Shown: positions 28,578 to 38,237, numbered from the stretch's first letter. The stretch: 44,636 bases of DNA from Chloroflexota bacterium (GCA_031373765.1 JANMNF010000155.1:1-44636); one strand, 5' to 3'. A program made the numbers and translations. Notes: a model not told the origin generated them from the sequence alone.

Positions 28578-30941
28578 GTGGCGACCCGCCGAAGATCGGC
28601 CCCACGCCGCTCCCGACGCCGATCCGGCTTCTCGTTTTCCGCGATCACGCTCCCACCGGTCAACCCCGAGGTCGCGCGATCGATCATCGGGATCATCCTG
28701 CTGGTCCTTGGGGCGGTGACCCTCATCGCTCTCGTCCTGCCGGGACAGGGGCGCCTCACCGACTGGTGGATCGGTTCGGTCGGGCCGTGGTTCGGCAGCC
28801 TCCGCTGGCTGCTCCCATTCCTGCTCCTTGGCGGCGGCTGGTACCTCGAATGGGGGCCCGGGACGCGGCCGCAGTCCGGCTGGGGCGTGACCGTTCTTGG
28901 CTTGATCGTTGCTTACATCGCTGTCCTTGGCGCGGTCCAGGTCACCGCCCTCTGGAGTGGCTTCAAATGGAGTGGCGGCAAACTCGGCCGGTTCTTCGCG
29001 GATCTGCTGGTGGACCCGTTGACGGCGCCCGGTGCATTCGTGCTGTTGGTCGCGATTGGTGCCGTGGGCGTCATGCTCGCGTTCAACCTTCCATTGCGTG
29101 ATCTTGTGCGGCCCGGAACACGGCTCGCTCGGTGGCTCGGAACCACGGTCTCCGCCTCGATGCAGCGCGATGCCCGGCAGCCGGGCACCATCGACGCTCC
29201 CGCAGCCAGGGGCGACCGAACCCCCACGATCCGGACGGCTGCCGGCCGTGCCGCCCGCGGTGCCATTTCCGCCGCCGGGTCATCCGGCCAGACGGGGATG
29301 TGGGGCGGTGACGACGCCGATCGCATCCCGGTCGGTGTGCCGTCGCAGGCGCAGACGTCGTCAACGTTTGCTCCGGCCCGTTCGGTCGGTGGCGCGGTCT
29401 CGATGGCCCCGGCCGCCCCAGCGCCCGCTCCCCGGCCCGTTCGCGATCCGGACGACATCACCGATGCGTCCGACTCACCGCCGACGGTCGAGAAGCGCGA
29501 GTACGTCCTGCCGCCGCTGGAGCTGCTCGATGCCACGATCGAGAAGATCGTGCTGGGCAGTGATGACCTGATCCATCGAAGGAACGAGGAGATCATCGTC
29601 AAGAAGCTGGCCAGCTTCGATATTCCTGCCCAGATCATCGGCCGCAACGCCGGACCGGTTGTGACTCAATACGAGGTTCAGCCCGCGCCCCATATCAAGG
29701 TGAGCCGGATCGAGGGACTCGCGGACGACCTGGCGATGGCCCTCGCGGCCCGATCCCTGCGGATCGAGGCGCCAATCCCCGGCAAGAGTGCCGTGGGCAT
29801 CGAGGTGCCGAACGAAGACTTCAACGTCGTGACCTTGCGGGGGATTCTCGAATCGGTTGACTTCACGGCGACCTCCCGCCTCACGTTCGCGCTGGGTCGC
29901 GACGTGGCCGGGCGGGCCCAGGCCGTCGACCTCGCGAAGATGCCGCACCTGCTCATCGCCGGGGCCACGGGATCGGGCAAGAGCGTCATGGTCAATGCGG
30001 TCATCACGAGCCTGCTGTGCAACTCGACGCCGGACGACGTGCGGATGATCCTGATGGACCTGAAGCGTGTCGAGCTCGCCTCCTACAACGGCCTGCCGCA
30101 CCTGCTCGTGCCCGTCATCACCGAACCGGACCGGGCGAAGTCCGCGCTCAAGTGGGCGGTCAACGAGATGGAGGGCCGCTACCGGCGGTTCGCGGGTGCC
30201 ACGGCCCGCAATATTCGCGGCTACAACGACACGCGGGCCGATCCGGAAGACCGGATGCCGTACATCGTGATCGTGATCGACGAGCTGGCCGACCTGATGA
30301 TGCGTGAAGGCAAGAACGTCGAGGATCCCATCGTCCGGCTCGCCCAGAAGGCCCGGGCTACCGGGATTCATATGGTCCTCGCCACCCAGCGTCCCTCGGT
30401 CAACGTGGTCACCGGCCTGATCAAGGCCAACTTCCCGAGCCGAATCGCGTTCGCGATGGCTTCCCAGATCGATTCGCGGACGATCCTCGATACTCCTGGC
30501 GCCGAGGACCTGATCGGTCGCGGGGACATGCTCTACCAGCCGTCCGATGCGCCACGTCCGATGCGCCACCAGGGTGTCTTCGTCTCGGATGCCGAGATCG
30601 CACGGGTGACCCAGCACTGGTTCGATCAGATTGACGATCCGCACTACGACATGGCCATCATCGAATCGGACGAGGAATCGACAGGATCGGCCGAGCCGAT
30701 CTCCGACCAGGACGCTGACCGCCTGCTGCCGGACGCCATCGGCGTGATCCGGGAGTACGATCGAGCCTCGGCATCGCTCCTCCAGCGACGCCTGAAGGTT
30801 GGCTATGCGCGAGCGGCGAGGATGATTGACCAGCTCCAGGAACGCGGCTACATCGGCGCATTCGACGGCTCGAACGCGCGCGTGGTCCTTCGCCGGGACG
30901 AGCCCGGTTCCGAGGCGGACGAGACGAGCGGGGACGACTGA
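28578..30941 (+). CDS. ftsK: DNA translocase FtsK/SpoIIIE
   Basis: N-terminal TMs, RIEAPIPGK, PHLLIAGATGSGKS, VIDELADLM, LATQRPS, gamma domain ASLLQRRLKVGYARAAR. Confidence 0.98.
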   Translation: MATRRRSAPRRSRRRSGFSFSAITLPPVNPEVARSIIGIILLVLGAVTLIALVLPGQGRLTDWWIGSVGPWFGSLRWLLPFLLLGGGWYLEWGPGTRPQSGWGVTVLGLIVAYIAVLGAVQVTALWSGFKWSGGKLGRFFADLLVDPLTAPGAFVLLVAIGAVGVMLAFNLPLRDLVRPGTRLARWLGTTVSASMQRDARQPGTIDAPAARGDRTPTIRTAAGRAARGAISAAGSSGQTGMWGGDDADRIPVGVPSQAQTSSTFAPARSVGGAVSMAPAAPAPAPRPVRDPDDITDASDSPPTVEKREYVLPPLELLDATIEKIVLGSDDLIHRRNEEIIVKKLASFDIPAQIIGRNAGPVVTQYEVQPAPHIKVSRIEGLADDLAMALAARSLRIEAPIPGKSAVGIEVPNEDFNVVTLRGILESVDFTATSRLTFALGRDVAGRAQAVDLAKMPHLLIAGATGSGKSVMVNAVITSLLCNSTPDDVRMILMDLKRVELASYNGLPHLLVPVITEPDRAKSALKWAVNEMEGRYRRFAGATARNIRGYNDTRADPEDRMPYIVIVIDELADLMMREGKNVEDPIVRLAQKARATGIHMVLATQRPSVNVVTGLIKANFPSRIAFAMASQIDSRTILDTPGAEDLIGRGDMLYQPSDAPRPMRHQGVFVSDAEIARVTQHWFDQIDDPHYDMAIIESDEESTGSAEPISDQDADRLLPDAIGVIREYDRASASLLQRRLKVGYARAARMIDQLQERGYIGAFDGSNARVVLRRDEPGSEADETSGDD

Positions 30942-30943
30942 GC

Positions 30944-32383
30944 ATGAGCACGAGCGACGAGGCACGCCGCTCCCGCGACGCTGCCCGTTCCCGTGGCCGC
31001 ATCCCAATTCGGCCAAGTCGTCCGGTGACGCCGGACCGGCCGAGCGCAACGTCCGACACGACGCCGTCCCTGCCGGATCGATTGGCGAGTGCCCGTGAGC
31101 GCAAGGGCGTCGACCTGCTTCGAGCAGAACGCGACACCAAGATCCGAGCCCGCTACCTTGGTGCCCTGGAACGAGGCGACTACCGGGAGCTTCCGGGGGC
31201 CGTCTATACGAAGGGGTTCCTGCGCAATTACGCGGTCTACCTCGGACTGGATCCCGAGGACGTGCTCAAGCAATGGCGCCGCGAGCGCGGCGATCTGACT
31301 CCGACCGAGGCGGTCATGATCGCGCCGCGGACGATCGTGGAAACGCCGCGCACCCTGACGTTTTCGCCGTCCGTGGTCGTGGCCGCGCTCATGACGTTCG
31401 GCGTCATCCTGTTCGGCTTCTATCTCGCGGTCCAGCTCCTTCGATTTGCAAAGCCACCGGTGTTGTCCGTCTCGAATCCGGCCAGCGCGGTTGTCGATGT
31501 TGACGAATCGTCGACATCGTTCGTCCTCGTCGGCACCTCATCGCCGGGCGCCACGGTCACGGTCTCCGTCCCCGGCCAGGCCAATCCGCGGCGCGTCATC
31601 GCACTGTCGGACGGCTCGTGGAGCGTCACCGTGGACCTGCGCCGCGGAACCAACCAGTTCGACATTGATGCCGTGGACCCTGAGACCGGCAAATCGACCG
31701 AGACACCGCAGCAGGTGATCATCAAGGTCCCGTATCTCGTGATCCAGGCTCCGACCTTGACGGTGAGTCAACCGCAGGACGGCGCGACCTATGAGAACGG
31801 CGCGATACCGGTGGAAGGCACCACTTCGAACGCGAAGAGCGTCGTGGTGGCAGCGACCTACCTCGGGCCGCCTGACGGCTCAATTCCCGCCCCGACGCCG
31901 ACCCCTGCGCCAACGCCGACCCTCGCGCCCGGAACAACGCCTGAACCGGCGCCAGATGCGCACACCGTCGCCGTGTCCGATGACGGTTCATTCACGACGC
32001 CGCTCGAGCTCACTGAGGGCCGTTGGTCGATCCAGGTCACGGCAACCTCTCCCGAGGGCAAGACCACGTCGCTGACCCGATCGGTGACGGTTGCCTATAC
32101 CGGCGTCAACGTAGTCGTCGCCATCGTCGGCGGCGATGCCTGGATCAAGGTCTGGGTTGATGGGGTCCTTGATCCATCGATCTCGGCCAGCGGCAAGGTC
32201 TATTCCAAGGGCCGGACCCTCACGTTCACCGGCAAGACATCGGTCGAGGTCCGGACCGGCTCGTCCGGCTATACCCAGTTCACCCTCAACGGCGTACCGC
32301 TCGGCCCCCTCGGCCGACCCGGGATTCCCGAAACGTGGCTGTTCCAGCCGCCCGCCGCGCCCGCCCTGACGCAGCACCGCTGA
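30944..32383 (+). CDS. rodZ: RodZ-like protein (HTH, TM, two Ig-like repeats, DUF4115-like C-terminus)
   Basis: L..ARERKG...TKIR.RYL.ALE.G....LPG.VY.KGFLRNYA.YLGLD, one TM, C-terminal 'AWIKVWVDG...G...TF'; located directly after ftsK. Confidence 0.82.
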   Translation: MSTSDEARRSRDAARSRGRIPIRPSRPVTPDRPSATSDTTPSLPDRLASARERKGVDLLRAERDTKIRARYLGALERGDYRELPGAVYTKGFLRNYAVYLGLDPEDVLKQWRRERGDLTPTEAVMIAPRTIVETPRTLTFSPSVVVAALMTFGVILFGFYLAVQLLRFAKPPVLSVSNPASAVVDVDESSTSFVLVGTSSPGATVTVSVPGQANPRRVIALSDGSWSVTVDLRRGTNQFDIDAVDPETGKSTETPQQVIIKVPYLVIQAPTLTVSQPQDGATYENGAIPVEGTTSNAKSVVVAATYLGPPDGSIPAPTPTPAPTPTLAPGTTPEPAPDAHTVAVSDDGSFTTPLELTEGRWSIQVTATSPEGKTTSLTRSVTVAYTGVNVVVAIVGGDAWIKVWVDGVLDPSISASGKVYSKGRTLTFTGKTSVEVRTGSSGYTQFTLNGVPLGPLGRPGIPETWLFQPPAAPALTQHR

Positions 32384-32389
32384 TCGACG

Positions 32390-32899
32390 ATGACGGATCC
32401 GGAGCTCCTCGCGCTCGCCGAGCGATTGCAGGGCCTCTGCCTCGGTCGCGGACTCACGGTGGCCACGGCCGAATCCTGCACCGGCGGCCTGGTCGCGTCG
32501 ATCCTGACCGATATCCCCGGGGCGTCCGGGTACTTCCGTGGCTCGATCGTGGCCTATGCCGATGCCACCAAGGTCACGCTGCTCGATGTTCCCGAGGCCA
32601 CCCTGGCCGCCCACGGCGCCGTGAGTGCCCAGACAGCCCGCGTCATGGCAACCGGCCTCCGGGACCGGCTGGGCGTTGCGCTCGCGATTTCCATCACCGG
32701 CGTCTCGGGTCCGGATGGCGGGTCGGATGAGAAGCCGGTCGGCCTGACCTACATCGGGCTGGCCGACCGGCTCACCAGCGACGTTCGCCGCTACACGTGG
32801 GCAGGCGATCGAGCAGCGAACCGGCACGAGAGCGTGCGAGCGGCGCTTCGATGGCTGATCGAGCGAGCCGAGACGCCGGCACCGGACGAGGGCCCGTGA
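32390..32899 (+). CDS. CinA C-terminal domain / PncC NMN deamidase (standalone)
   Basis: VATAESCTGG, PGASGYF.G...Y....K, GAVS, SITGVSGPDGGS.EKPVG. Confidence 0.95.
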   Translation: MTDPELLALAERLQGLCLGRGLTVATAESCTGGLVASILTDIPGASGYFRGSIVAYADATKVTLLDVPEATLAAHGAVSAQTARVMATGLRDRLGVALAISITGVSGPDGGSDEKPVGLTYIGLADRLTSDVRRYTWAGDRAANRHESVRAALRWLIERAETPAPDEGP

Positions 32900-34458
32900 C
32901 GCGCACAGCCGCAGAGATCGGTGCCGGATTGGCCCCCGTTCGCGAAGCCCGGCCGATCGAACCCGGCTCCCGCATTCACATCGTCGGCATCGCTGGGGCG
33001 GGGGCATCGGGCGCGGCGCTGTTGGCCCGTGCAGCGGGCGCCGATGTCTCGGGCTGCGACGCGGGTGGGCCGTCGCCCTATTCGCTCGCGGTTGCCCAGG
33101 CCGGGATCTCGATCGATTGGCGCCACGATGCCGCTCACGTGGGTGGGGCGCACGGGCCATCACGGTTGTCCGTGACCAAGGCGCTGACCGCGATCTCACC
33201 TGACCATCCCGAACTGGAGGCTGCGCGTCGAGCGCACCTGCCGATCGAGCCGTGGCAGCAGTTGGTTGCGGACGCAGCAGTCGGGCAGCGCCTTGTCGCG
33301 GTCGCCGGGACCCATGGCAAGAGCTCGACCAGCGGATGGCTGGTCCACGTCCTGGCCCATGCCGGGTACGACCCTTCGGCCTTCGTCGGAGCGTTGCTGC
33401 CAGCATCGGTGACACATGCTGCACCGGCGACCGCCCGGATCGGAAGTGGACCGGCCTTCGTCGTGGAGGCCGATGAATACGCCGGGAACTTCGATGCCTA
33501 TCGTCCCGACGTGGCGATCCTCACGAGCATCGAATGGGACCATCCCGATGTGTTCGCCGATCTCGCGGCCGTCCAGGCCACGTTCGGGGCATGGATCGAG
33601 CGGATGCCCGCAGGCGGGACGCTCGTCGCCAATATCGGAGATCCAGGCGTTGCCGAACTGCTCACAGCGATCGTGAGCCCGCTGCCTGTTCGGTTGATCG
33701 CGTACGCCGTGACTGATGCATCGCCTGCGCGCGCGGGCTACCAGCGGGGCATTGCCGAGGAGTACGCGACGGCCATGGGTCCCGCGGAGGCACTGCTCGG
33801 GCGCGTGGTTCAATCGACACCTGAGGGGACGGCCATCGACATCATCGGGCTGGATGCCCTGGCCGGGCCCGTACGCGTGAGCCTGCCGACGGCCGGTCGA
33901 CATAACGTGGCCAACGCGCTCGGGGTGGCCGGAGCGGCCCTGGCGCTGGGGGTCGATGCGGCCTCGATCGCCGCCGGGCTGGAGACCTTCGCCGGCATCG
34001 GGCGGCGCCTCGAACAGAAGGGTGAAATCGCGGGAGTCGTCGTCTATGACGACTACGGCCATCACCCGACAGCCATCCGCGAAACCCTCTCCGCCGTGCG
34101 CCAGCGGGAGCCCGGTCGACGGGTCTGGGCGGTCTACGAGCCGCTGACATTCCATCGGACGGCTGCGCTGCTGCCCGAGTTCGCCGCGGCGCTCGCCGAC
34201 GCCGACGGGGTCCTGATCGCGGATATCTGGGCCGGCCGGGATACCGACACGACGGTCACATCCCCCGAGCACCTCGTGACCGCCATCCGGCGCCTCAGAC
34301 CGGAGCTTTCCGTCATCGCGTCCGGCTCCGCCGCGGCAACGGCCGAGCGGCTGGCTCGGGACGTCAGGTCGGGCGACGTCGTCCTGGTCATGGGCGGCGG
34401 CCAGAGCTACCAGATCGGCGAGCAACTCCTGGAATTGCTCGGGCGGGATCGGCCGTGA
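32896..34458 (+). CDS. murC: Mur ligase of the MurC/Mpl type
   Basis: HIVGIAGAG.SG, VAGTHGKSST, VEADE, DHPD, HN..NA, G..RR, DDYGHHPT. GTG 32896 overlaps the cinA stop. MurC versus Mpl is not resolved. Confidence 0.8.
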   Translation: MTRTAAEIGAGLAPVREARPIEPGSRIHIVGIAGAGASGAALLARAAGADVSGCDAGGPSPYSLAVAQAGISIDWRHDAAHVGGAHGPSRLSVTKALTAISPDHPELEAARRAHLPIEPWQQLVADAAVGQRLVAVAGTHGKSSTSGWLVHVLAHAGYDPSAFVGALLPASVTHAAPATARIGSGPAFVVEADEYAGNFDAYRPDVAILTSIEWDHPDVFADLAAVQATFGAWIERMPAGGTLVANIGDPGVAELLTAIVSPLPVRLIAYAVTDASPARAGYQRGIAEEYATAMGPAEALLGRVVQSTPEGTAIDIIGLDALAGPVRVSLPTAGRHNVANALGVAGAALALGVDAASIAAGLETFAGIGRRLEQKGEIAGVVVYDDYGHHPTAIRETLSAVRQREPGRRVWAVYEPLTFHRTAALLPEFAAALADADGVLIADIWAGRDTDTTVTSPEHLVTAIRRLRPELSVIASGSAAATAERLARDVRSGDVVLVMGGGQSYQIGEQLLELLGRDRP

Positions 34459-34844
34459 CGAACCTGGACCATGCGGCGGCAGCCGACCTGCTCGAACGGC
34501 TGGCGCGGACCCGCTCCTCGTTCGACGGTGACGCATGGGTTGACCTGTTCACCCCGGGCGTCGTGTGGCATGGGAGTCCATTCACGGCTCCGCTGACGGG
34601 CCATAACGAAGTCCGTGCATGGCTGCTCGAGGCCTCGAAGGTCGAAGAACAGGTAGAGTTCACGTTCGAACGCCACTGGGTCGTACCACCGACGATCCTG
34701 GCGCCGTGGCACGCCAGCCATGTGGATCGCACCCGTCGAACGCGGGTGCGTACCGCCGGGTTTGCTGCCTTCGAGATTGCGCCCGATGGACGCATCCGGA
34801 TCGCCCGGTGGTGGCCGGTCCAGTCGACAACAACGATCGAATAG
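34455..34844 (+). CDS. SnoaL/NTF2-like protein
   Basis: D.DAW.DLFT..VVW...PF..PL.G...VR.W and 'DGRI....WW' pattern; start overlaps the upstream stop. Confidence 0.8.
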   Translation: MTNLDHAAAADLLERLARTRSSFDGDAWVDLFTPGVVWHGSPFTAPLTGHNEVRAWLLEASKVEEQVEFTFERHWVVPPTILAPWHASHVDRTRRTRVRTAGFAAFEIAPDGRIRIARWWPVQSTTTIE

Positions 34845-34859
34845 GGAGGCTGCGCACGA

Positions 34860-35351
34860 ATGGCAGGAGATGTCTCCTTCGACGTCGTCAGTGAATTCGA
34901 TGTCATGGAATTGCGGAATGCACTCGACCAGGTCCGGCGCGAAGTCGGGCAGCGCTATGACTTCAAGGGAGCGATTGTCGAGATCGAGCAGACGGCAACC
35001 GAGGTCGTCATCGTCACCGATACGGACTTCCGGGCCGGTGCGATCAAGGATCTGATCGAATCGAAGGCCGTTCGGCGCGGCCTGTCCTTGAAGATCTTCG
35101 ATTGGGGCAAGATCGAACCGGTCGGCGGCAACAAGGTGCGCCAGAAGGTGACGCTCCGTGAAGGTCTGACCGATGAACTGGCCAAGAAGCTCGCGAAGCT
35201 GATTCGTGATGAGTTCCCGAAGGTCAAATCGCAGATCCAGGGCGACGCACTTCGCGTGTCCGGCAAGAACAAGGACGATCTGCAGCGCGTGATCACCCGG
35301 TTCCGTGATCTCGATGAGGTCGTCCCACTCCAGTTCCAGAACTATCGGTAG
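34860..35351 (+). CDS. yajQ: YajQ family nucleotide/c-di-GMP-binding protein
   Basis: SFDVVSE...E..NA.DQ..RE...RYDFKG, KV..QIQGD.LRVSGK.KDDLQ, PLQFQNYR. Confidence 0.98.
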   Translation: MAGDVSFDVVSEFDVMELRNALDQVRREVGQRYDFKGAIVEIEQTATEVVIVTDTDFRAGAIKDLIESKAVRRGLSLKIFDWGKIEPVGGNKVRQKVTLREGLTDELAKKLAKLIRDEFPKVKSQIQGDALRVSGKNKDDLQRVITRFRDLDEVVPLQFQNYR

Positions 35352-35357
35352 CGGTCG

Positions 35358-35459
35358 ATGATGCCGGGAGCGCGTTTCAGCCGGGTTGTCGTGGGGCTCG
35401 TTGCCGCCGTGCTTGTCCTGAGCATGCTGCTCGGCGCCCTGCCCGCGCCTGGGCTGTGA
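35358..35459 (+). CDS. Putative 33-aa single-TM small protein
   Basis: MMPGARFSRVVVGLVAAVLVLSMLLGALPAPGL*. Fills the yajQ-to-next-gene gap, and its TGA overlaps the next ATG (TGATG). Confidence 0.6.
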   Translation: MMPGARFSRVVVGLVAAVLVLSMLLGALPAPGL

Positions 35460-37270
35460 TGGATCAGCCCGAGGATCCCGCGAACCCTCAAGTCGATCCG
35501 CCAGCAAGCCCCGTTGGGCCGGGGGATGCGGACAACTCGGTGGTCGCTGAGGAGCCCGCGGCGGTCGTCGAGCCCGCTGAGGAGCCCGAGGCGGTCGTCG
35601 AGCCCGCCGAAGACGTGCCGGTCACGGTCGGGCGGATGATCGCCGACGCGCTGCGTCGAGCCGGGGTTCGCTGGGCGTTCACGGTCCCGGGAGAGAGTTT
35701 TCTCGGCCTGATGGACGGGCTGACGGCCGCCGGGATCCATGTCGTGGCCACTCGCCACGAAGGGGCGGCCGCCTTCATGGCCGAGGCGCATGCACAGCTC
35801 ACCGGCCGCCCGGCCGCGTGCCTGGCAACGAGGGCCGTCGGAGCGTCCAATCTCGCCATCGGGATCCACACCGCGACCGCCGATTCAAGCCCGATGTTCG
35901 CGCTGGTCGGACAGGTCGAACGGGCCTCAAAGGGTCGGGAGGGATTCCAGGAAGTCGATCTCCCCGGCACGATCGGCGGTCTCGCGAAGTGGGCCGCGGA
36001 GCCAGGCGACGTCCAGGAAGCCGTCGAGATGACAGGTCGAGCGGTCGCTGAAGCGCTATCCGGCCGACCCGGCCCCGTGCTGCTCTCGATCGGCGAGGAC
36101 CTGCTTGACGCCATGGTCCCGGTCGGACTGGTCCCGGAGGTTCCGCGCACTGCGCCGCGTCGCCCGGACGAAGCGGAGGTCGCGTCGGTACTCCACCTGC
36201 TGGCCAACGCCGAGAACCCGGTGATCCTCGCCGGAGGGGGCGTGCTGCGGGCCCGGACCTCGAATGACCTCGTTCATCTGGCAGAACTCCTGCGCGTCCC
36301 CGTGATTGCAGCGTGGCGCCGCGGCGATGTCATTTCGAACGATGACCCGCTGTACCTGGGCATGACCGGCTACGGGTCGCCGGCGATCGTCCGGGAGCGG
36401 TTGGAGCGGGCCGATGCGATGCTCGTCATCGGGTGCCGGCTGAGCGAGATTGCCTCGTATGGCTGGGCGATACCTTCGGCGTCAACCGCGTGGGCGCATG
36501 TCGATATCGCGCCAACGAGGCCCTCGCCCGACCTGGCGGCACCGACGATCCGGGTCGAATCGGATGCGAAGCTCTTCCTCCGCGCCGCGATCGTCCGCCT
36601 CGAGCGGAACGGCGTCCTGGATGCCGTCAGCACCGATGCCCGGGTGGCAAGGAATGAGGCGGATCGTGCGGCCTGGGAGGCGGCGACCATCATCGATGCC
36701 CACCCGTGGACCGGCCCCGGCATCCATCCTGGTCGCGTGGTGATGGCCTTGCGCGAGGCGCTCCCGGAAGACGCGATCCTGACGACGGATGCCGGCAGCT
36801 TCGGAAGCTGGGTAGCCCGAGGGTTCCGATTCCGACGGCCCGGCACGTTCCTCGGACCTACCTCGGGCGCGATGGGCTATGGGTTGCCGGCCGCGATCGC
36901 AGCGGGGCTCGTCCATCGCGATCGTCCGGTGGTTGCGATGGTGGGCGACGGAGGTCTCGGGATGACGGTCGCCGAGCTCGAGACCGCCGTGCGACACGGG
37001 CTTCGAACGGTTGTCGTGTGCTTTGACAATGAGCGATACGGGATGATCCGCTCCTACCAGGACCGTCGTGAGGACGGGTCCACGGCCGCCACGGACCTTG
37101 GCCCCGTGGATTGGGCCGCGGTTGCCAGGGGCTTCGGTGCCCATGGCACGCGCATTGACACGGACGAGGCGTTCCTGCCGGCCCTCCAGCGGGCGCTTGC
37201 GGCTGATCGGCCAACCCTTCTGCACCTCGTGATGGATCGACGATGGACCGGGGTCGACGCTCGTCCATGA
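35459..37270 (+). CDS. Thiamine diphosphate-dependent enzyme (acetolactate synthase-like family)
   Basis: VPGESFL, RHEGAAAFMA.A, FQE.D, GRPGPV, GAMGYGLPAA, GDGG...N ThDP motif. Substrate unknown. Confidence 0.92.
   Translation: MDQPEDPANPQVDPPASPVGPGDADNSVVAEEPAAVVEPAEEPEAVVEPAEDVPVTVGRMIADALRRAGVRWAFTVPGESFLGLMDGLTAAGIHVVATRHEGAAAFMAEAHAQLTGRPAACLATRAVGASNLAIGIHTATADSSPMFALVGQVERASKGREGFQEVDLPGTIGGLAKWAAEPGDVQEAVEMTGRAVAEALSGRPGPVLLSIGEDLLDAMVPVGLVPEVPRTAPRRPDEAEVASVLHLLANAENPVILAGGGVLRARTSNDLVHLAELLRVPVIAAWRRGDVISNDDPLYLGMTGYGSPAIVRERLERADAMLVIGCRLSEIASYGWAIPSASTAWAHVDIAPTRPSPDLAAPTIRVESDAKLFLRAAIVRLERNGVLDAVSTDARVARNEADRAAWEAATIIDAHPWTGPGIHPGRVVMALREALPEDAILTTDAGSFGSWVARGFRFRRPGTFLGPTSGAMGYGLPAAIAAGLVHRDRPVVAMVGDGGLGMTVAELETAVRHGLRTVVVCFDNERYGMIRSYQDRREDGSTAATDLGPVDWAAVARGFGAHGTRIDTDEAFLPALQRALAADRPTLLHLVMDRRWTGVDARP
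35546..35610 (+). repeat. 30-bp tandem duplication in the acidic N-terminus of the ThDP enzyme
   Basis: GCTGAGGAGCCCG(C/A)GGCGGTCGTCGAGCCC x2 plus a partial third copy, encoding AEEP(A/E)AVVEP. Confidence 0.9.
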
Positions 37271-37354
37271 TTGCAACTGGCTCCGTTCGGCGTCGCATCT
37301 GGCCGCGATTCGGCGGTCAGGCTTCACGCGAAGTCGCCCTGGCTTGAGGATTCG

Positions 37355-37840
37355 GTGAGCGAGCGTCCCGACCCCTACGCGATCCTTGGCGTGACCCCGG
37401 ACGCGATGCCGGCGACTATTCGCAAGGCGTATCACGACCGGGCCCGATCCGCGCACCCCGACCTGATCGGCGATTCGGGCCTCGCGACGATGCGGAACCT
37501 CAATCTCGCCTGGGACACCCTGCGAGACCCGGTCCGACGGGCTGAGTACGACACGTCCCGGATGATGGCGCGCCAGGCGGGCCTGTCGCAACCACGACAA
37601 CCGGAGTGGACAGGTGCGGCCGGCAGGCCACCTGGCCGACCGTCAGGGAGCCGCCTTGACTTCGGTCTCTACTCAGGATGGACGCTCGGCGAGATCGCCC
37701 GCCACGACAATGGGTACCTCATGTGGCTGGCCGATCGACCGGAGGGCAAGCCCTTTGCTGACGAGATCCGCGGCGTCCTGGAGGCCATGCGCCCGGCCGC
37801 GCCCGACCTGGATCGGGACAAGCCGACCTGGCGACGATGA
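37355..37840 (+). CDS. J-domain protein with a small C-terminal FG.Y.G...YL.W module
   Basis: DPYAILGV...IRKAY...A...HPD...LN.AW.TL.DP.RRA.YD; GTG 37355 follows GAGG. Confidence 0.88.
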   Translation: MSERPDPYAILGVTPDAMPATIRKAYHDRARSAHPDLIGDSGLATMRNLNLAWDTLRDPVRRAEYDTSRMMARQAGLSQPRQPEWTGAAGRPPGRPSGSRLDFGLYSGWTLGEIARHDNGYLMWLADRPEGKPFADEIRGVLEAMRPAAPDLDRDKPTWRR

Positions 37841-37847
37841 TCCGGCT

Positions 37848-38237
37848 TCAGCCGACCTGCGTCGCGAAGATCTGATCCAGCGTCGCGGCCGGGTCGTCCG
37901 TCAGGCCGGTATGCACTTCCGAGGGCTGGATCATCGTGCTCGAGGGGCTGGCCACCCAACGAAACCGCTCCGGATCCGCGAGCGACGCGATGGGCCCGGC
38001 GCCCGGCTCACCTCTGACAATCCGCCCGATGACGTCGAGATGCTCGCGGATAGCCTCGAAATCGACGTCCGCTGCCATCGCCCGAATCGCGGCCTCGCGT
38101 GAGGCGTCGAGGGACAGGCGCATATCGAGGAAGCGTCGAGTCCGGCAGAACACCACGACGCCGACGTTGATCCGCTCGCCCCGCTCGACCCTGGGAACAA
38201 GCCGGATCACGGTGTACTCGAACGGGTCAGCGGACAT
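37848..38237 (-). CDS. DUF3037 domain protein
   Basis: FEYTVIRLVPRVERGERINVGV...ERFRW...P.ST.IQPS.VH.G. Its ATG overlaps the end of the kinase gene. Confidence 0.9.
   Translation of the reverse strand: MSADPFEYTVIRLVPRVERGERINVGVVVFCRTRRFLDMRLSLDASREAAIRAMAADVDFEAIREHLDVIGRIVRGEPGAGPIASLADPERFRWVASPSSTMIQPSEVHTGLTDDPAATLDQIFATQVG

Noticed and set aside
25744-28605. 953-aa minus-strand ORF, and similar long antisense ORFs (16337-18514, 29475-31049, 13273-14769, 2138-3616, 4716-6164)
   Set aside because: They lie antisense to well-conserved genes and have no recognisable motifs. Such shadow ORFs are expected from strong codon bias in high-GC DNA.
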